From Pseudomonadota bacterium (GTDB taxonomy: Bacteria > Pseudomonadota > Gammaproteobacteria > Burkholderiales > Burkholderiaceae_C), in NCBI GenBank assembly GCA_041164205.1, contig JBEAPX010000056.1, positions 1-53,750 of the forward strand: a stretch of DNA of 53,750 bases. The letters are read 5' to 3'. The number at the start of each line of letters is the position of its first letter. Within the stretch, counting starts at the first letter, position 1. Below the pieces are notes generated by a model. That model worked only from the letters and a program-made list of their open reading frames with translations, did not search any database and was not told the origin of the DNA. A program made the translations under genes and the position numbers. Positions 34,301 to 44,627 of the stretch are shown piece by piece.

Positions 34301-34635
34301 ACTTTGTATTGCACAGTCAGCACCGCCAGACCTGGGCGTGCGACCGCATAGGTGTGCTCAATGCCCACGATCTGCGACAAGACTTGCTCTGCCGGGGCAG
34401 CCACCATTTTCTCGACATCAGCACTAGAGGCCCCAGGGAACGGGATCAACACGTTCGCCATCGTCACATTGATTTGCGGCTCTTCTTCGCGAGGCGTGAC
34501 CATGATCGCAAACAAGCCCAGCAACAAGGCCACGATCGCCAACAAAGGGGTGATCGCATTGGCTTGGAAGGCAGCGGCGACCCGGCCGGAGAGACCGAGT
34601 TGGGATTTGTTTTCAGACAGATTAGGTGCAGACAT
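31393..34635 (-). CDS. RND efflux permease (AcrB/CzcA family)
   Basis: TPREEEPQI, IGILVDDAIVVVENI, GIIVRNSILLVDF, R..PI.LT; start reassigned to MSAPN. Confidence 0.95.
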   Translation of the reverse strand: MSAPNLSENKSQLGLSGRVAAAFQANAITPLLAIVALLLGLFAIMVTPREEEPQINVTMANVLIPFPGASSADVEKMVAAPAEQVLSQIVGIEHTYAVARPGLAVLTVQYKVGVPRTDALVRLYDVLNSNSDWLPRGLGVMTPIVKPKGIDDVPVIAATLHSKDQESGLALERVAASIESELKRVPGTREVKTIGGPGRAVNVWLDPERMRERGISTQSLEQSLAAANLGLPSGVVVEPSKGGMVTVETGEFLTSPEDVASIVVGVHQGRPVYLREVATIEAGAKSPVQYVWHTLGAGESGAQQQAGQTFPAVTITVTKKPGENAVDVAQNVRKRLDELQDAIIPSNLEMTITRDYGQTAAEKANKLIQKLAFATGSVILLVGMALGRREAVIVGAAVVLTLMATLFASWAWGFTLNRVSLFALIFSIGILVDDAIVVVENIHRHRQLTPDAKLIDIIPVAVDEVGGPTILATMTVIAALLPMAFVSGLMGPYMSPIPINSSMGMALSLAIAFTVTPWLALKLTKQDGHAHAHGPSKITRTLQSTFKTILTPLLASAKKRWLLAVGVVVAMFLSVGLTAIQAVVLKMLPFDNKSEFQVVVDMPAGTPLESTAAVLQEMGSFLAQQKEVTHLQGYAGTSSPITFNGLVRQYYLRAEAEGGDLQVTLVDKQHRHEKSHAIAQRLRPALEKIATVHGARVKVVEVPPGPPVMSPIVAEVYGPDEAGRVAVAQKLAERFKQTPDIVGVDTSLKEQAPRAFLRVRSARAEALGIPVAVIAQTVYTALSGTDATYLRDGMAKRPVPVRLELPQTEKVGLTTVLGLPLRAANGSMVPLSELVSVEWGVIDYPRYSKDLMPVTYVVGDMAGQLDSPLYGLADIRQELQSAAVPGAGALGEYWIKQPSDPYREYSVKWDGEWQITYETFRDMGAAYGVGLILIYLLVVAQFRSYVTPLIIMAPIPLTIIGVMPGHAILGAQFTATSMIGMIALAGIIVRNSILLVDFIELETSRGVAFATAVIESAAVRAQPIALTGIAAMVGAFFILDDPIFNGLAISLIFGIAVSTLLTLVVIPVMYYAVYRRKFEV

Positions 34636-34642
34636 GGCAGCC

Positions 34643-35656
34643 TCAGTTCTTAGCGGTTGACTGAGCAGCAGCCACGGGTGCGCTGGACACGCGGTCACCC
34701 GCCTTCAAACCGGCGACAACCACGACGCTGCCATCGGCCAAGGTTTGACCCAAGCGCACCGGCTGCAACACAAAGCGCACTTGATCACCGTCACCATGCG
34801 CCACATACACAGCAGTCAACTCACCGCGTCGCACAACCGCCTGCATCGGAACGACCAGGCGTTGTTGGCTGCCCAAGGTGAAGCGCACTTGCAACTGTTC
34901 ACCGGGAATCGCATTGCGTGTATCCGCGGGCTTCAGATCCAGGCGAACCTCAACGGTTTGACTCACGGGGTCTGCCGCTGGCAACACGGTTTGCTTGGCT
35001 GGCGTGACCCACTGGCCATTGCTCAGGTGAACCTGCATGGTGGTGGCTTTGCGGACTTGATCCACCAAACTGGCGGGAACATGGACCACGGCGCGCATGA
35101 GCTCAGGCTCATACACCGTGACCACAGGCACACCCGGCGCGGCCAGATCGCCGGCTTCGACATGGGTGTTCAAGATCACACCGTCTTGAGGCGCAGTCAC
35201 CCGAGTGAAACTCAAGGCCAGTTGGGCTTGTGCTCGGGCGGCTTCAGCGGCGCGCATCTGCGCTTGAACGTTGTCCAAAGCAGCCTCGCTCATGAATCCC
35301 TTTTTGACCAACGACTGAGTGCGCTCCAGCTGGGCTTGCGCATTGCGCCACTGCGCGGTAGCGGCTGAATAGTCGTTTTGTGACATTCGGTCGTCAATCT
35401 CGGCCAGAACCTGGCCTTGCTTGACCCGATCGCCCGCCTTCACCAACACGCGCAGGACGCGGCCGCTCGCTTGCGCGGCGACGGTGGCCTGGGTGCGCGC
35501 TTGCATGTTTCCATCAAAACCCAACTCGCTGCCAACGGCTTGCGCGCTCAGTGTGATCATTGCTGGAGCTGCCGTTTGCGCAGCTGCCGGCAGGGCAACG
35601 CTTAGGCTCAAACAAACAGCAGTAGAAATGGAAGCGGAAATGTGGCGAATTGACAT
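34643..35656 (-). CDS. RND periplasmic adaptor (membrane fusion protein)
   Basis: Signal peptide; lipoyl-like VKAGDRVKQGQVL and VTAPQDGVI; GLKAGDRV. Confidence 0.93.
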   Translation of the reverse strand: MSIRHISASISTAVCLSLSVALPAAAQTAAPAMITLSAQAVGSELGFDGNMQARTQATVAAQASGRVLRVLVKAGDRVKQGQVLAEIDDRMSQNDYSAATAQWRNAQAQLERTQSLVKKGFMSEAALDNVQAQMRAAEAARAQAQLALSFTRVTAPQDGVILNTHVEAGDLAAPGVPVVTVYEPELMRAVVHVPASLVDQVRKATTMQVHLSNGQWVTPAKQTVLPAADPVSQTVEVRLDLKPADTRNAIPGEQLQVRFTLGSQQRLVVPMQAVVRRGELTAVYVAHGDGDQVRFVLQPVRLGQTLADGSVVVVAGLKAGDRVSSAPVAAAQSTAKN

Positions 35657-35676
35657 GTTGAAACTCCTTGGGCTGG

Positions 35677-35706
35677 AGTATATATGATACCCCCAGGGGT
35701 ATGCAA
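35677..35706 (-). promoter_or_regulatory. Sigma70 promoter with a CsoR/RcnR/CstR-type operator in the spacer
   Basis: Minus strand TTGCAT-N18-TATACT; operator ATACCCCCAGGGGTAT at 35687-35702. Confidence 0.7.
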
Positions 35707-35781
35707 GCCCTTGCACTTCATGTGCCCAATTCGCAGCCTGCTGTTGCTGTCAAGCCCATGCGCCACTGAGGCCAAAGCGGG

Positions 35782-36888
35782 TTACGCCACTCGCATCGTC
35801 ACTCGGGAGTTGATCGCACAAAACAGCTCATAGGCAATGGTGTCGGACGCTTCTGCCACCGAGTCGGCCGACAAGACGGCTCCTGTGGCGCTGCGCCCCC
35901 ACAAGACGACCTCAGTCCCCGGCACGGCAATCTCGATGCCTGCCGCGTCGCAAGGCCTCAAGTCGACCGCCAACATATCCATGCTCACCCGGCCCACGGT
36001 GTGGGTGCGAACGCCGCCCACCAGCACGGGCGCATCGATCGCGTGCCTGGGATAGCCATCGGCATACCCGCACGCGACGATACCCACGCGCATCGGCTCT
36101 GTCGCTGTGAACAATGACCCATACCCCACGCAATCGCCTGGCTGTAGGCGTTGCACTGCAATCAACTCGCTGCGCAAGCTCATCACCGGCCGCAGGTCCC
36201 AGTGGTCTGCGGTGTGTTCTGGGTGATCCGGCGCGGAGCCATACAACGCAATCCCCACGCGCACCCAATCGCTGGGCACCTTTGCGGCGCGCAAGTGGCG
36301 CAAAGTCGCTGCACTGTTGGCCACGCATTGGGCACCCATCATGCCGTCTGTGGCTTCTCGGTATACGGCCAACGCGCGATCGATGCCTCGGGGGCCATCG
36401 GCATCGGCAAAGTGCGTCATGAGCGAAATTTCCTCCACTTGAGGCAAGGCGTTCAGGCGAGACCACGCCGCACGAAAGGCTTGGGGCTCAAAACCCAGGC
36501 GGTTCATGCCTGAGTTCAGCTTCAAAAACACCCTGTGGCCGACGTGCGTCTTGTGGGTAGCCAACCAATCCACTTGCGCATCGTTGTGAATGACGTGCCA
36601 GAGATCGAGCCGCGAGCACCACTCAAGGTCGCGGGATTCGAACACCCCCTCAAGCATCAAAATCGGACCGCGCCAGTCCAAGCGACGCAGCCGCTCCGCC
36701 TCGCTGAAGTCCAGCACCGCCAGGCCATCGGCTCCACGCGCCGCCTCAAAAACGTGTTCGATGCCGTGCCCATAGGCGTTGGCCTTGATCACCGCCCAAA
36801 TTCTGGCGTCTGGCGCGCGCTGTCGCACCGCCTGCAAGTTGTGGCGCATGGCATCGACATCGATGGAGGCATAAATAGGGCGGGGCAT
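35782..36888 (-). CDS. alr: Alanine racemase
   Basis: AVIKANAYGHG (PLP Lys), SGMNRLG, GYADGY, GRVSMD. Confidence 0.97.
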   Translation of the reverse strand: MPRPIYASIDVDAMRHNLQAVRQRAPDARIWAVIKANAYGHGIEHVFEAARGADGLAVLDFSEAERLRRLDWRGPILMLEGVFESRDLEWCSRLDLWHVIHNDAQVDWLATHKTHVGHRVFLKLNSGMNRLGFEPQAFRAAWSRLNALPQVEEISLMTHFADADGPRGIDRALAVYREATDGMMGAQCVANSAATLRHLRAAKVPSDWVRVGIALYGSAPDHPEHTADHWDLRPVMSLRSELIAVQRLQPGDCVGYGSLFTATEPMRVGIVACGYADGYPRHAIDAPVLVGGVRTHTVGRVSMDMLAVDLRPCDAAGIEIAVPGTEVVLWGRSATGAVLSADSVAEASDTIAYELFCAINSRVTMRVA

Positions 36889-37059
36889 AAACAGGTCGTC
36901 CAAGGCTCGCGAAAACGCGCCACAGCCTCCATCGTACAAAACCCCGTGTGGGCCGCCAAGGGCGGTTTGCGCTCAACGCCGTGCTATAAACCTGCCGGTT
37001 GGCTTGCCTCAAGCGAACGCCCATTCCATATTGCTTGACCCGACCACCACCCAACCCAG

Positions 37060-38349
37060 ATGAAGCGCGGTTTCTATACCATCATGACGGCGCAGTTTTT
37101 CAGCTCGCTGGCCGACAACGCGCTGTTCGTCGCTGCGGTTGAGCTGCTCAAGCCGGTCGACCACACAGGTTGGCAACGGGCCGCGCTGGTGCCCATGTTT
37201 GCTCTGTTCTATGTGGTGCTGGCGCCGTTTGTTGGGGCCTTTGCAGATGCCCACCCCAAGGGCAAAGTCATGTTCATCAGCAATGCGACCAAAGTGGTCG
37301 GCTGCCTGATGATGTTGGTGGGGGTACACCCACTCATCGCGTATGCGGTGGTCGGTTTGGGTGCCGCCGCGTATTCGCCCGCCAAATACGGCATATTGAC
37401 TGAGCTGTTGCCGCCCTCTCAACTGGTCAAGGCCAATGGCTGGATCGAGGGCCTGACCATCGCTTCCATCATCCTTGGTGTGGTGCTGGGGGGGCAATTG
37501 GTGGGTCCCGTGTTTTCACCTTGGCTGCTGAGTTGGGGGATTCCCGGCATTGAAAGTGCCCCGCAGGCTGCCATGGGCGCCATGATGTTGGTCTATGCGC
37601 TGGCGGCTTGGTTCAACACCCGCATCCCTCTCACCGGGGTCGAACCCCACCCCATGCCGCGCAACTGGCTGGTTTTGCTGCCTGACTTTTTTGCGTGCAA
37701 CCGCCGGCTCTGGAGCGATCGGTTAGGGCAAATTTCACTCGCCACCACCACTTTGTTTTGGGGCGTCAGTGGCAATCTGCGTTACATCGTTTTGGCCTGG
37801 GCGGCGGCGGCGCTGGGCTACTCGACCACCCAGGGCTCTGGCCTAGTCGGGGTGGTCGCCATTGGCACGGCGATCGGCGCCGTCATCGCCTCGACGTACA
37901 TGCATTTAGACCGCGCCACTCGGGTCATGCCGCTCGGCATTTTGATGGGGGTGTTGGTGGTTTTGATGAATTGGATCGATCACTTTTGGCTCGCCGTCCC
38001 GTTCCTAGTGGTCTTGGGCGCCATCGGCGGTTTCTTGGTCGTACCGATGAACGCGCTTTTGCAACACCGTGGGCATATGCTCATGGGCGCAGGACGCTCC
38101 ATTGCCGTCCAAAACTTCAACGAGCAAGCAGCGATTTTGGCGCTCGGCGTGGGTTACAGCACCGCCACGGGAGCCGGCCTGTCCAGCTTCGCAGCGATCA
38201 CCGGTTTTGGTGCGCTCGTGGCGCTGGTGATGTGGGGCATTCAGCGCTGGCATCACCACAACCAAGAGCACCACGGTGAAGAGCTTTCCAAACTGCTCAA
38301 ACTCACCCGGGACGACCACCACACAGGACATCGCCCCTCTGGGGAGTAG
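37060..38349 (+). CDS. lplT: Lysophospholipid transporter LplT (MFS)
   Basis: AQFFSSLADNAL, YSPAKYGILTE, VPMNALLQHRG, AVQNFNE. Confidence 0.93.
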   Translation: MKRGFYTIMTAQFFSSLADNALFVAAVELLKPVDHTGWQRAALVPMFALFYVVLAPFVGAFADAHPKGKVMFISNATKVVGCLMMLVGVHPLIAYAVVGLGAAAYSPAKYGILTELLPPSQLVKANGWIEGLTIASIILGVVLGGQLVGPVFSPWLLSWGIPGIESAPQAAMGAMMLVYALAAWFNTRIPLTGVEPHPMPRNWLVLLPDFFACNRRLWSDRLGQISLATTTLFWGVSGNLRYIVLAWAAAALGYSTTQGSGLVGVVAIGTAIGAVIASTYMHLDRATRVMPLGILMGVLVVLMNWIDHFWLAVPFLVVLGAIGGFLVVPMNALLQHRGHMLMGAGRSIAVQNFNEQAAILALGVGYSTATGAGLSSFAAITGFGALVALVMWGIQRWHHHNQEHHGEELSKLLKLTRDDHHTGHRPSGE

Positions 38350-38409
38350 CCTCAGGTGCTGTGCCCTAAGTCTCGTGGCGGTTGCCCTGGCGCTGCGCAG
38401 TCGATGGGG

Positions 38410-39660
38410 CTAGGCCAAGGTGTCTTGTGGTGCAAGCGCGCTATCGAGCACTTCCACCCAGTGACGCACGGGGACTTCGCTGCCGCTTTGCAAGTGCGTG
38501 ATGCAGCCAATGTTGGCAGACACAATGACTGAGGGAAGTGCGGCCATCAAGTGGCCCAATTTTCGGTCTCGCAACGCCTCTGCGGTATCAGACTGCAGCA
38601 CCGAGTAAGTGCCAGCCGAGCCACAACACAAATGCGCCTCTTGAGACGCCACATCCACCGCAAAGCCAAGCTCCCTCAGCCCCACCAGCACCTCGTCTCG
38701 CCGCTTTTGGCCGTGCTGCAAAGTACATGGAGGGTGGTATGCCAACGCCCCCACTTGCGCCACACGCTCGCTGTCGAGGCTGGGCAACAGGTCGCTGACC
38801 ATCGCTGGCAACAACTCGCTCAAGTCCTTGGTCAAGGCACTCACGCGAGCGGCCCGCTCTGCATACTCCGCGTCTGAAGCCATGATGTAGCCGTAGTCCT
38901 TCACCATGACGCCACAGCCTGATGCGTTCATCACAATGGCCTCAACGCCGCTTTCAATGTGGGGCCACCACGCATCGATGTTGGCCTTGATTTGGATTTT
39001 GGCGCCATGGCTATCGGCCAGGTGGTACTTCACCGCGCCGCAGCACCCGGCCTCGCGAGCAACCAAGACCTCGATGCCCGCAGCGTCCAACACGCGCTTG
39101 GTCGCGGCATTGATGTTGGGTGCCATACTGGGCTGCACACAGCCCGCGAGCATCAATACCTTTCGGGCATGGCTTCGGGTTGGCTCGCGACCCGCAGAGC
39201 GGCGCTCGGGCACCTTCGCCTTCAAGGCCGGGGGGAGCAAAGGGCGCACCCATTGACCCAGGCGCATGGCCGGACCAAACAGAGGAGAGGTCAGCCCCCA
39301 TTTGAGCGCTTCGCGCAAGGCGCGCTCTGCGATGGGGCGCTTGACTTTGGCTTCGACCACTTCGCGACCAATGTCGACCAGATGCCCATAATCCACGCCA
39401 CTGGGACACGTCGACTCGCAGTTGCGACAAGTCAGGCAGCGATCCAAATGGGTTTGCGTGGCGCGGGTGGCCTCAGCCCCCTCCAAGACTTGCTTGATCA
39501 AGTAAATGCGCCCGCGCGGGCCATCCAATTCGTCACCAAAAATTTGGTAGGTTGGACAGGTCGCGGTACAAAAACCGCAGTGCACACACTTGCGCAAAAT
39601 GGCTTGCGCTTGGTCCCCCAGCGGGGTGTTCAAAAACTCATCTGACAAATTCGTTTGCAT
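38410..39660 (-). CDS. glcF: Glycolate oxidase Fe-S subunit
   Basis: CVHCGFCTATCP, CLTCRNCESTCP, two CCG domains. Confidence 0.95.
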   Translation of the reverse strand: MQTNLSDEFLNTPLGDQAQAILRKCVHCGFCTATCPTYQIFGDELDGPRGRIYLIKQVLEGAEATRATQTHLDRCLTCRNCESTCPSGVDYGHLVDIGREVVEAKVKRPIAERALREALKWGLTSPLFGPAMRLGQWVRPLLPPALKAKVPERRSAGREPTRSHARKVLMLAGCVQPSMAPNINAATKRVLDAAGIEVLVAREAGCCGAVKYHLADSHGAKIQIKANIDAWWPHIESGVEAIVMNASGCGVMVKDYGYIMASDAEYAERAARVSALTKDLSELLPAMVSDLLPSLDSERVAQVGALAYHPPCTLQHGQKRRDEVLVGLRELGFAVDVASQEAHLCCGSAGTYSVLQSDTAEALRDRKLGHLMAALPSVIVSANIGCITHLQSGSEVPVRHWVEVLDSALAPQDTLA

Positions 39661-39665
39661 GCTAT

Positions 39666-40793
39666 TTAGCCCAAGCGTTGGGTGCGAAATACACCGTGTG
39701 GATCAAACTGCGCCTGTATGCGCTCGTTGACTTGGGTCAACACAGGCGCCTGTGTTGAGTAAGCGCCCACTTTCTTATCTGCATCACCATTTAATGCGCT
39801 GGTGCGAAACAGGGTGGCATGTCCGCCAACGCTATTGGCCCAATCGCGCAAGCCGTGGGCCTCTTGCACACTGGCCCAAAACCATCGCTGTGCACCGTGC
39901 CACTCCATCAAGCGAGGCAGCCCCAAAGCCATCACAGGGGTCGCTGGCGGCACGCTCAAGCGCCACAGGCAGGCCTCCGGCGCGGGAGGGCGACTAAAGA
40001 ATTCATGCGCCTGGTCACGCACGGCGTCCCAATCCAAACCTGTATCCGTGTGTTGCCACTCCAAAGGACCGCCCATGGTGTCTGCATTCATGCGCTCGAT
40101 GGCCACATCAATGGCGACTTGGGCCCCGCGCAAACGCACCGACAAAACCCCATGCTCAGCATCATCGGGCGTCGCACACCAACAGCTCGCATCCATCGGC
40201 AAGGGTTTGGCGCGCCAGCGCAACAATTGGGCTAACGCATCTTCTTGACGGCCCAGCCAAGTCAGGGTGCGCTCAGCCAGCGGCTCGGGCAGCACTTTGA
40301 TGGACAACTGCGTGATCACCCCTAGCGTGCCCATACTGCCAGCCAATAGGCGGCTGACGTCGTAACCTGCGACGTTTTTCATGACCTGCCCGCCAAATTG
40401 CAACAACTCGGCCTTGCCATTGATCATGTGTGCGCCCAAGACAAAATCTCGCACGCCACCAACGCTGGCACGGGCTGGCCCGGAAAGCCCCGCCGCCACC
40501 ACCCCACCCAAGGTGCTTTGCTCACCCCAGCGTGGCGGATCGAAAGGCAAATATTGGCGTTGCTCAGCCAAACGGCTCTGAATCTCCGCCAGCGGGGTCC
40601 CCGCACCGGCCGTGATCACCAATTCCGTGGGTTCATAAGCAAGGATGCCATTCAGCCCAGAGGTAGAAAGCGCTTCGCCTTGCAGGGGCTCACCCAGGAA
40701 ATCTTTGGTTCCGCCGCCCACAATCCGCCACGTGCGATGGAGGCGTGCGGCTTCTCGCACCTGCGACTGGATGTGTTCTATGGCTTCATTCAT
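39666..40793 (-). CDS. glcE: Glycolate oxidase FAD-binding subunit
   Basis: YEPTELVITA, GGQVMKNVAGYDVSRL, FDPHGVF. Confidence 0.95.
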   Translation of the reverse strand: MNEAIEHIQSQVREAARLHRTWRIVGGGTKDFLGEPLQGEALSTSGLNGILAYEPTELVITAGAGTPLAEIQSRLAEQRQYLPFDPPRWGEQSTLGGVVAAGLSGPARASVGGVRDFVLGAHMINGKAELLQFGGQVMKNVAGYDVSRLLAGSMGTLGVITQLSIKVLPEPLAERTLTWLGRQEDALAQLLRWRAKPLPMDASCWCATPDDAEHGVLSVRLRGAQVAIDVAIERMNADTMGGPLEWQHTDTGLDWDAVRDQAHEFFSRPPAPEACLWRLSVPPATPVMALGLPRLMEWHGAQRWFWASVQEAHGLRDWANSVGGHATLFRTSALNGDADKKVGAYSTQAPVLTQVNERIQAQFDPHGVFRTQRLG

Positions 40794-40858
40794 CCCTGCA
40801 TATTAGCGAATGGGTCCCCAATCAGCGTGAAATTTTCTAAAGCGCATTGTGAAGGCGC

Positions 40859-40888
40859 AAAGAAAAAGGCCAGAGCTTTCGCCCTGGC
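40859..40888 (-). terminator. Intrinsic terminator of glnK-amt
   Basis: Minus strand ggccagggc-gaaa-gctctggcc-tttttcttt. Confidence 0.8.
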
Positions 40889-40931
40889 CCCATCCATGTG
40901 ACAGCACAGATGATTGGAAGTCACACGCTCA

Positions 40932-42272
40932 TCAGCGAACGTATGCAGATTCTCCGTGGCTAGAGATATCCAAGCCTTCACGCTCAGACTCTTCACTGAC
41001 GCGCAGTCCACCGGTGAACAAACCAGCCACTTTGTAGGCCAAGAAGGCAACCACAGCAGACCAGACGATGGTGATCAACACACCCTCAGCCTGAATCCAC
41101 ACTTGGGAAGCGATGTTGAAATCGTCGCCACCCGTGCCGCCCAGGCCAGGTGCCGTGAACACACCGGTCAAGATCGCGCCAACAATGCCGCCGACACCGT
41201 GGACACCAAAGACGTCCAATGAGTCGTCTGCACCCAGCATACGCTTGAGGCCAGAAACACCCCACACACACACCACGCCAGAGACCAAGCCGATCGCAAT
41301 GGCACCCATTGGGCCGACGCTGCCGCAAGCGGGGGTGATACCCACCAAACCAGCGACCGCACCGGAGGCAGCGCCCAACATCGAGGCCTTGCCTTTGGTC
41401 ATCGCTTCAACCAAACACCATGACAACACCGCTGCAGCAGGGGCCAGCAATGTGTTAACGAAGGCGAGCGTCGCGCCAGAAGTGGCTTCCAAGTTGGAGC
41501 CGGCGTTGAAACCGAACCAGCCCACCCACAGCAAAGAAGCACCGACCATGGTCAAGGTCAAGCTATGGGGCGCCATGCTTTCTTTGCCATAGCCCAAGCG
41601 CTTGCCCAACACATAAGCACCGACCAGACCAGCCACACCGGCGTTGATGTGGACGACCGTGCCGCCTGCAAAGTCAAGCGCGCCCTTGTCCAACAGGTAA
41701 CCACCTGCGCCCCACACCATGTGGGCGATCGGCAGATAAGCAAAGGTGAACCAAATCACTGAGAACAGCAAGACCGCCGCAAATTTCATGCGTTCGGCAA
41801 AAGATCCCACGATCAGTGCGCACGTGATGCCTGCGAACGTGGCTTGGAACGCAATGAAAATGAACTCAGGGATCTTCACGCCGTCTGTGAAGGTGTCAGC
41901 CAACGAGTCAGGCGTGATACCAGATAAGAAGACGCGACTCAGATCACCAATGATCAACCCCTCTGCGCCAAACGCCAGCGAGTAGCCGTACACCGCCCAC
42001 AGGACGCAAATCAGCGAGAACACCATCATCACTTGCATCAGCACCGAGAGCATGTTCTTCGCGCGCACCAAACCGCCGTAAAAGAGCGCCAAACCTGGCA
42101 CCGCCATCATGATCACCAACAAAGTGGCGAGCATCATCCACGAGACGTCGCCCTTGCTCACAGTCGGCGCGGCATCAGCCGCCAACGCCAACGCCGAAGC
42201 GCTCAAACCAGAGCCCAGCACCGCCAGTTTGGCTGCGGGGCTCGCCCATGTAGACATCGATAGGTCTTTCAT
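40932..42272 (-). CDS. amtB: Ammonium transporter
   Basis: PGLALFYGG, DFAGGTVVH, WVGWFGFNAGS, DDSLDVFGVHG. Confidence 0.97.
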   Translation of the reverse strand: MKDLSMSTWASPAAKLAVLGSGLSASALALAADAAPTVSKGDVSWMMLATLLVIMMAVPGLALFYGGLVRAKNMLSVLMQVMMVFSLICVLWAVYGYSLAFGAEGLIIGDLSRVFLSGITPDSLADTFTDGVKIPEFIFIAFQATFAGITCALIVGSFAERMKFAAVLLFSVIWFTFAYLPIAHMVWGAGGYLLDKGALDFAGGTVVHINAGVAGLVGAYVLGKRLGYGKESMAPHSLTLTMVGASLLWVGWFGFNAGSNLEATSGATLAFVNTLLAPAAAVLSWCLVEAMTKGKASMLGAASGAVAGLVGITPACGSVGPMGAIAIGLVSGVVCVWGVSGLKRMLGADDSLDVFGVHGVGGIVGAILTGVFTAPGLGGTGGDDFNIASQVWIQAEGVLITIVWSAVVAFLAYKVAGLFTGGLRVSEESEREGLDISSHGESAYVR

Positions 42273-42304
42273 GTCTTTTCCTTTCGTTTTCTTGAATGCT
42301 TGGC

Positions 42305-42862
<558 letters not shown>

Positions 42863-42920
42863 CTAGCCCGGAAACGCAGGACCACCCACAATCGCGGCAT
42901 CCCTTTCCTTGGAGTCGCCG

Positions 42921-44543
42921 ATGGGCATGGCACACATACACAGCCGCGCCATGCAGGGTTTGCACACACCCAGCGTGGACGTTGAGGTCGATTTGGCCAA
43001 CGGGCTTCCCAGCTTCACGCTGGTCGGGTTGGCAGACACTGAGGTGAAAGAGGCGCGTGAACGGGTGCGCGCTGCGATCGTCAACAGTGGGCTGGTTTTT
43101 CCGAACAACCAACGCATCACTGTCAACCTCGCGCCGGCGGATTTGCGCAAAGACTCCGGGCGATTTGACCTGGCCATCGCGCTGGGGATCTTGACGGCGA
43201 GTGGTCAAATTCAGTACCGCGATTGGTCTGGCTGGACGTTTGCGGCAGAGCTGTCACTCAGCGGCCAACTGCGTCCGGTAGGGGGAGCCCTGGCCACTGC
43301 GCTCACCATGGCCAATGAGGCCGATGAGCGCGTGCTGGTGCTCGCCCACGACAACGCGCTGGAAGCCGCTCGAGTCCCCCACGTTCGGGTCGCGGGCGCC
43401 AAGCACTTGCTCGATGTGGTGGCCTATCTAGACGCCCTCGCTTGCCCACCCAATGATCCAGGCCTTGGATCCAAGGCAACGGCAAATCCACCCAGCCATG
43501 CTGGAGGTTGGTCATGGCCCAGCCCGCCACCGTTTCAGGTCAGGCCACAGACCACCCACCTCAACGAAGTGCGCGGTCAAGAAAGTGCGAAGCGTGCACT
43601 CACCATCGCCGCAGCAGGCGAGCACTCGGTCCTTTTGGTTGGCCCGCCAGGGTCAGGCAAGTCTATGCTGGCGCATCGATTCGTGACCCTGTTGCCAGCG
43701 CTCAACCCAACGCAAGCCTTGCACAGCGCTGCCATCCAGTCCTTGATGGGGACTTTCGAGCCCGATCGCTGGGGCCAGCGACCCATGGTCAGCCCCCACC
43801 ATTCAGCCAGTGCAGCGGCCTTGATCGGCGGTGGCTCACCACCTCGGCCTGGCGCCATCACCCAAGCTCACCATGGGGTGTTGTTTCTTGATGAACTCCC
43901 GGAATTCAATCGAACGGCCCTCGAGGCACTCAGGGAGCCGCTGGAAACCGGGACCATTCACATCAGCCGAGCGAGCAACCAGGCTGAGTTCCCCGCAGCG
44001 TTTCAACTGATCGCCGCGATGAACCCGTGCCCCTGTGGCTACTGGGGGCACGCCCAACGCAACTGTCACTGCACGCCCGATCAGGTGCGGCGTTACCAAT
44101 CGCGCATCAGCGGCCCCCTGCTTGACCGAATCGACTTACAAATAGAAGTGACAGCCATCGATGCCGCTGCATTGATTCAGGTCACAGCGCCGGCCTCCAC
44201 CACCGGCCCCCCCGATGACGGTGCCACACCCGCTCAGGAAGCCTCGGAGACCTCGGCCGCATCGCAAGCCCAAGCGGCACTGAGCCTCGCGCTGACGCGC
44301 CAAGGTTGTGCCAACCAACGCTTGCAAGGCAACGCGCTCTTGAATCAGGTCCAACTCAGCACCGCGACGATGCAGTTCGTGGAGCAAGCGGCCCACAAAC
44401 TGCAATGGTCATCGCGCCGCGTCCACCGAATCATGCGAGTTGCACGCACCATTGCGGACCTCAGCGGTGAACCCACGGTCGAGCGACAGCACATCACTGA
44501 AGCGATGCAATATCAGCGCGCGCTCCTGAGCGCAAGCCACTGA
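42921..44543 (+). CDS. comM: YifB/ComM Mg-chelatase-like AAA+ ATPase
   Basis: ITVNLAPAD, GPPGSGKS, LFLDELPEF, AMNPCPCG, SGPLLDRID. Confidence 0.95.
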   Translation: MGMAHIHSRAMQGLHTPSVDVEVDLANGLPSFTLVGLADTEVKEARERVRAAIVNSGLVFPNNQRITVNLAPADLRKDSGRFDLAIALGILTASGQIQYRDWSGWTFAAELSLSGQLRPVGGALATALTMANEADERVLVLAHDNALEAARVPHVRVAGAKHLLDVVAYLDALACPPNDPGLGSKATANPPSHAGGWSWPSPPPFQVRPQTTHLNEVRGQESAKRALTIAAAGEHSVLLVGPPGSGKSMLAHRFVTLLPALNPTQALHSAAIQSLMGTFEPDRWGQRPMVSPHHSASAAALIGGGSPPRPGAITQAHHGVLFLDELPEFNRTALEALREPLETGTIHISRASNQAEFPAAFQLIAAMNPCPCGYWGHAQRNCHCTPDQVRRYQSRISGPLLDRIDLQIEVTAIDAAALIQVTAPASTTGPPDDGATPAQEASETSAASQAQAALSLALTRQGCANQRLQGNALLNQVQLSTATMQFVEQAAHKLQWSSRRVHRIMRVARTIADLSGEPTVERQHITEAMQYQRALLSASH

Positions 44544-44627
44544 CTCACACCGCCATTTTTAGCTGGCTCGGGCGCCAGCGGGTGACCCCGGCGACTTGGG
44601 TGGCTTTCACCCGCCAAGACAAGCCGA

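Noticed and set aside
38240-38349. His-rich C-terminal tail of LplT as a metal-binding module
   Set aside because: Short, with no supporting metal-homeostasis context
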